Below, one piece after another: positions 59,855 to 64,000 of a DNA stretch of 64,000 nucleotides. The first letter of the stretch is position 1, and the number at the start of each line of letters is the position of its first letter. Origin of the DNA: Lama glama (lineage: Eukaryota); the NCBI GenBank assembly GCA_028534125.1, contig CM052818.1, positions 41,790,001 through 41,854,000 of the forward strand, given 5' to 3'. The translations under genes were made by a program, and so were the position numbers. The notes beneath the pieces are model-generated. The model saw nothing but the letters and a program-made list of their open reading frames with translations. It made no database searches and was not told the origin of the DNA.

Positions 59855-62800
59855 GGGCGGCCCTGCGGCCCCGACTGGCCATCTGTATGCAAATCTCCGC
59901 AGCCCCAGCAAACTCGCCGCAGCCTGGCCGGCCGGCGGGCTGTGCGCTCGGCAATTACCCGTGCACGTCGGGCCTTTGTGCCGGCGCGGGCTTTGTGGGT
60001 GCCGAGGCTGCCGGCACCTGCACCGCGGAGGTGGCAGATGGCAGGACTTGGCAGCAATATGGACGTTTGCCTGTATGTGGCCGAGCCGCAAATGGACATC
60101 TTTTATTTCTTCCTGGGGGCGGGGAGCCGAAGAGAGGGGATTAGTGCTGGGTTGCCATCCATTCACGGAATGGGCAAATATTTATTGAGGGCCTACTATG
60201 TGCCCGTCGCCCAGCGGTGTAAGGAGGAGCCTCACAGAAGAGGGACAGGATCTGGATGTTATACCGGGAGTAAAGAAAAAAAAAAAACGGGGAGGGGGCT
60301 ATTGACATTCAAAATTGCTATATATGCAATTGACCAGGCTGGCTGAGCAAAGTCCCTTTTTTCATTCCTGGGGACTGTGGACCTGGTTGGCCCCCAGGGC
60401 TCCTCCCCCAAAGCCCCCCCTCCAAAGCCCACCTCCTGCGCCCCGCGAGCCCACACTCGAGCATAGGGCTGGAGAGCTACGATCAGAGTACTTTCTACCC
60501 AGAGGATTGTGTTGTCCCGAACCCCAGCTGTGCAGACAGGAAAGTGCTGATTCCTGATCGATCTGCCCTCAGCGTGAGGATCCACGGTGCAGACGAGCTG
60601 TGGTCCCCATCCTGCTGGAGGCATCTCCTCCCCGAGGCGCCTGTGTTCTGTCCTGATTCTGCTGAGTCCTTCCGGCTTTGCACAATTTCAAATGCTTACC
60701 CGTTTACCTTCAGCAAAAGTTTAGGAATTCCTTCAGCCATTCTGCTGGTTGGTGTTATCTCCATCTGACAGAGAAGGAAGTTGATTCAGAGATCATAAGG
60801 TGACCTGGGAGGGGAAGCCAGCCTCGGTCTCTTGGCCACCAGCATTAAGGATGGCCAGGGCGGATCTCTCCTTCAAGTTAGTTGGTCTCTGCTTACTGTG
60901 ACCATTTCAACGCCAGGCTATTTAGAGAAAACATTTGGACAGGGCCTCCTAAAAATCCTTTTTTATTTCCAGATAATGTATATACCTGACGCTAACACTC
61001 CCCACCTGGGCCTGACCCTCTGCCCATCTCTTACCCCTACCCATCCATGGTCCTCACCCGTCTTTCATTCTTTCATTGGTTCCAAGCTCCTTGCTTAGAT
61101 ATACTTGCCAGGAGCCTCCTGTGGGAGCTGAGGTCTTTAAGGCCATACCTGCAAAACTCCTGCTCTAATTTATGGAATGAATTGTGGGAAAACACAGATG
61201 AAAACTCCCTAGGAAAGCTGCTTCAGTTCTTACATTTCCCATCCATAAGAACAATAAGTAACATTCCCTGCTGGTTAATGAAAATAGAACTACTAGGCAA
61301 ATTGGAATTCTGTGTCAACACGTGTAAGGGATGAAGTCAAGGCTGGGCTGAAATGAGAGTCAGGGATGGGGAAGGCTTGGCTGCGGTTTGGACCAGCAGC
61401 TGAGGGAGGAAAGGATGAGGGCAGGGATGAGATGTCTGTTGCACGTGGACACTGATCAGAATGAACACCGTTTATGCAGTTAAATGGCACACAGTCAAAA
61501 TGTCCAGTGTGGTGGTTGGTACCAGGACTGGTTTTATCACATAGGAGCTGCAGACCCCTGCGAACTAACCCTGAGTTCCCTGCCAGTCCATCAGTACCAT
61601 CCAGAAATAGCTCCCTGCCCTGCATGCCAGGGTTGGGGCTGCACTTATGTCCAGGGTTCCTGGAGGTGCTGGGATGTCTAGAAAACTGCACACTATGCAC
61701 ACTCCCGGAAGGAAGGAGGGCTTCAGGCACGCTGGGAGCTGAATTCAGCTTAACACATTTGTAAGGAGGCCAACTTCAGTAGAATGAGTCATTTTAAATG
61801 GGATGAACAAAGACCCAGGCATGGGGAAAATCCAGAGGTCGTTCCCTAATTTAACTAAAATTAAAGGTAATAAGAGCAAAGTACTGAGATGAAGTCGGGA
61901 AAAGGATGTTATGAGGGGGGTCTCAACCATTGAAGTCAAGAGTTGGGACTTGGCCCCTGGTCAGCGGTGAGCCCTGTGAGTTGTGGGCCAGGAGGTGACT
62001 GTCTTAGGTCTGTATCTTAGCTAACTAGGGGTGGACTGGATCGGAGAAGAGAGTAGGGACAGGGAATTGGGCGAAGCAAAGGAAGGTGGCTTTTTAGAGA
62101 TAAGGAGATATTTCTTCCTTGATATAGGATGAGACAGACTGGAATGAGGTAAGAGGACATTTGTGTTGCCTGGAGTCAAATTCACCTGATCTGTATATTC
62201 GGGACACTATTACCTACCCGCCAGAATTGCTGTAATTAAACAGGGAATGTATGCCAATGTGTCAGGCACATAGTAGGAACTCAACAGCTATTTATTAAGT
62301 TAATAGATCAATGGATGAAAGAAAGAATGGAAGTTGAATGGATGATAGATGAATGGAGGGAGGAAGGTGTAGGGACAAATGAGCAGTGACTGAGTCCATT
62401 CTTCAAGATCTTGTTCAGATGCTGCCTCCTCCAAGAAGCTTCCCAGGATCTCCCCGTATACTAATCCCCACCCCACAATGCGATCCCTCTTACTGTTCCC
62501 CCGATAATAAAGGGGTTTCTTCCTCTCTTAAGCTAATATGGGGGACAGGCCCTGACCTTTTCAGTGGTCACTTGTGAACAGACATTGGAAATAAGCATAA
62601 GGGACGTCTATCCATCGTTCTAGAGAAGTCCTTGGATTCATTTTACGGATATTGTGTTTTGGTTTGGGTGTGGGTTCTAAACTATCACTTCTTCTGGAAA
62701 CTTTTTCTGGATTCAGTGTTGAAACTAAGAACTTAGACACAGAAGAAATCATCAGGTCCAATCTCTCTCTTAGTACAAGAAGACACCACCCTGTCCCCAC

Positions 62801-62849
62801 CACACACACACATGCGCGTGCACGCATGCGCGCACACACACACACACCC

Positions 62850-62887
<38 letters not shown>
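62801..62887. repeat. Compound (CA)n / CG-containing alternating tract
   Basis: 47-bp uninterrupted purine-pyrimidine alternation (62801-62847), then (AC)n to 62887. Confidence 0.95.
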
Positions 62888-62888
<1 letters not shown>

Positions 62889-63694
62889 CGTTCCCACCAG
62901 ATCCCTGCTTCCCAGGCTCTCTGCATCTCAGCTGGATGGTTCTGAATATTACGAAGTTCTGCCCCGGTTGGGACCCTGCCACACAAGTTCAACCTCCCCA
63001 TTAAGCCCAGTTCTTCACATCCACCCTGAGCCTTCTGACCCCAGGGGATCTCTCTTCTGAATTTCCAGACAGTGAAACTCATTTGGACCCTAACAAAAGT
63101 CGCGCTCTGCAAACTGGCTCCCCCTATGCCAGTGTAGCTCCTCCTCTGATCTAGACCTTGGGCTCTCGGAGGGAGGGGCTGTGTCTTGTTCCTCTCTGTT
63201 CCCTGCTGTCCTTGCCCAGGGCCTGGAAAGGAGGAGGTGCTTCTTCATTCTTTGAGCAAACATTTACTGAATTCTTACTGTGTGTCAGTCACCAGGGACA
63301 GAAAGATGAGTAAAGCACTATGATTTTCCTACAGAAGCTCTACTTAGCCCTGAAACGTTTGTTGATGGAGTGATTTTAACTTGAGGTTCATTTAGGCTAG
63401 AAAAATCTGTCAGACTACCTTCCCTGGGGACACTTCCAACTACTTGAAAGGTGACAGACATAGGACCCCCTCCACCTTCGCTGAGCCCCTCAAAGACCGC
63501 AAAAGGGCTTCTGACCGTATGGTATGGCAGTGCCCTGGCGGGTGCCTGGTAGACCAGAAAGTCTTCAGGTGACGTCAGGAGAATGCAGCCACATTTGTGT
63601 TTCACCACGAAGACCATCTGACGTCTCTAGAAGCTCTGCCTCTGGACATGAGGAGAGAAGCTGGAGTTATTGTAATGGAGACACAAGGACCTGA

Positions 63695-63940
63695 GTTGAA
63701 AGTCTGTGGGCAAATCACTTAATCTCTCTGAGCATCAGTTTCCTGACTTTAAAACAAGGGATGGCAGGGAGTGTATAGCTCAGTGGCAGAGTGTTTGCTT
63801 AGCGTGCATGAGATCCTGGGCTCAATCCCCAGTACTCTCATCAAAATAAATAAATAAATCAGTAAATCTAATTACCTCCCCCAGCAGAAAAGGGGGGGTT
63901 GGATAAAGCATCACCCTCGATAGATCATTGTGAGGATTGA
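63695..63940 (+). mobile_element. MIR interrupted by a SINE
   Basis: ggcaaatcacttaatctctctgagcatcagtttcctgactttaaaa resumes after the SINE as gataaagcatcacc...ttgtgaggatt. Confidence 0.65.
63763..63890 (+). mobile_element. tRNA-Ala-derived camelid SINE
   Basis: gtatagctcagtggcagagtgtttgcttagcgtgcatgagatcctgggctcaatccccagta, (TAAA)n, ctaattacctccc. Confidence 0.9.
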
Positions 63941-64000
63941 GATTAACAGATACAAGGCACTACATACTAAATGGATAAACAACAAGGTATAGCACAAGGA
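63941..64000 (+). mobile_element. LINE-1 3' UTR fragment running off the window
   Basis: gattaacagatacaa...gataaacaacaagg...tatagcacaagga aligns with the L1 3' UTR at 21404-21471. Confidence 0.75.

Larger units (their letters stand above)
58940..60135. promoter_or_regulatory. Bipartite CpG island (promoter- or enhancer-like; no associated gene seen)
   Basis: Dense CpG and high GC at ~58940-59520 and ~59740-60135 against a CpG-depleted background; GC box gggcggg, octamer ATGCAAAT 59887-59894. Confidence 0.75.

Noticed and set aside
60022..60044. CTCF-like ggaggtggcagatggcag in the CpG island
   Set aside because: The 5' half of the core consensus mismatches at several positions.
217..63617. 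The many 60-200 aa ORFs in the six-frame track
   Set aside because: No recognisable domains; they overlap in all frames, many lie in repeats or lack a true ATG, as expected by chance in GC-rich mammalian DNA.
1..64000. CRISPR arrays, operons, phage or defence systems
   Set aside because: The sequence is eukaryotic; there are no regularly spaced repeat-spacer arrays or gene-dense coding regions.

Overview
This is mammalian nuclear DNA, very probably from a camelid, judged by five tRNA-Ala(AGC)-derived SINEs of the camelid vic-1 type and cetartiodactyl-style L1 3' ends. I find no supportable protein-coding gene, genuine tRNA/rRNA or CRISPR array. The only ORF with recognisable homology is a decayed LINE-1 ORF2 C-terminus (12618-12866). 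The window is a non-coding (intergenic or deep intronic) stretch dense in ancient repeats (L2, MIR, MLT, LTR16, HAL1, MER5/MER81/MER82, Tigger1), with younger L1 and SINE insertions, several showing clear target-site duplications (TSDs). There is one 500-N assembly gap. Between the repeats lie repeat-poor blocks rich in FOX/SOX/TCF/homeodomain/nuclear-receptor motifs, plus an orphan bipartite CpG island at ~58.9-60.15 kb containing a GGC repeat and an octamer. This is consistent with a long-range cis-regulatory landscape, which is an inference. I see no evidence of a novel multi-gene system. The best leads are a 23-bp nuclear-receptor DR1 array present twice 10 kb apart, a perfect 22-bp inverted repeat, two independent L1 copies truncated at almost the same base, and the orphan CpG island. 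Repeat family names come from recall of consensus sequences, and boundaries of old repeats are approximate.
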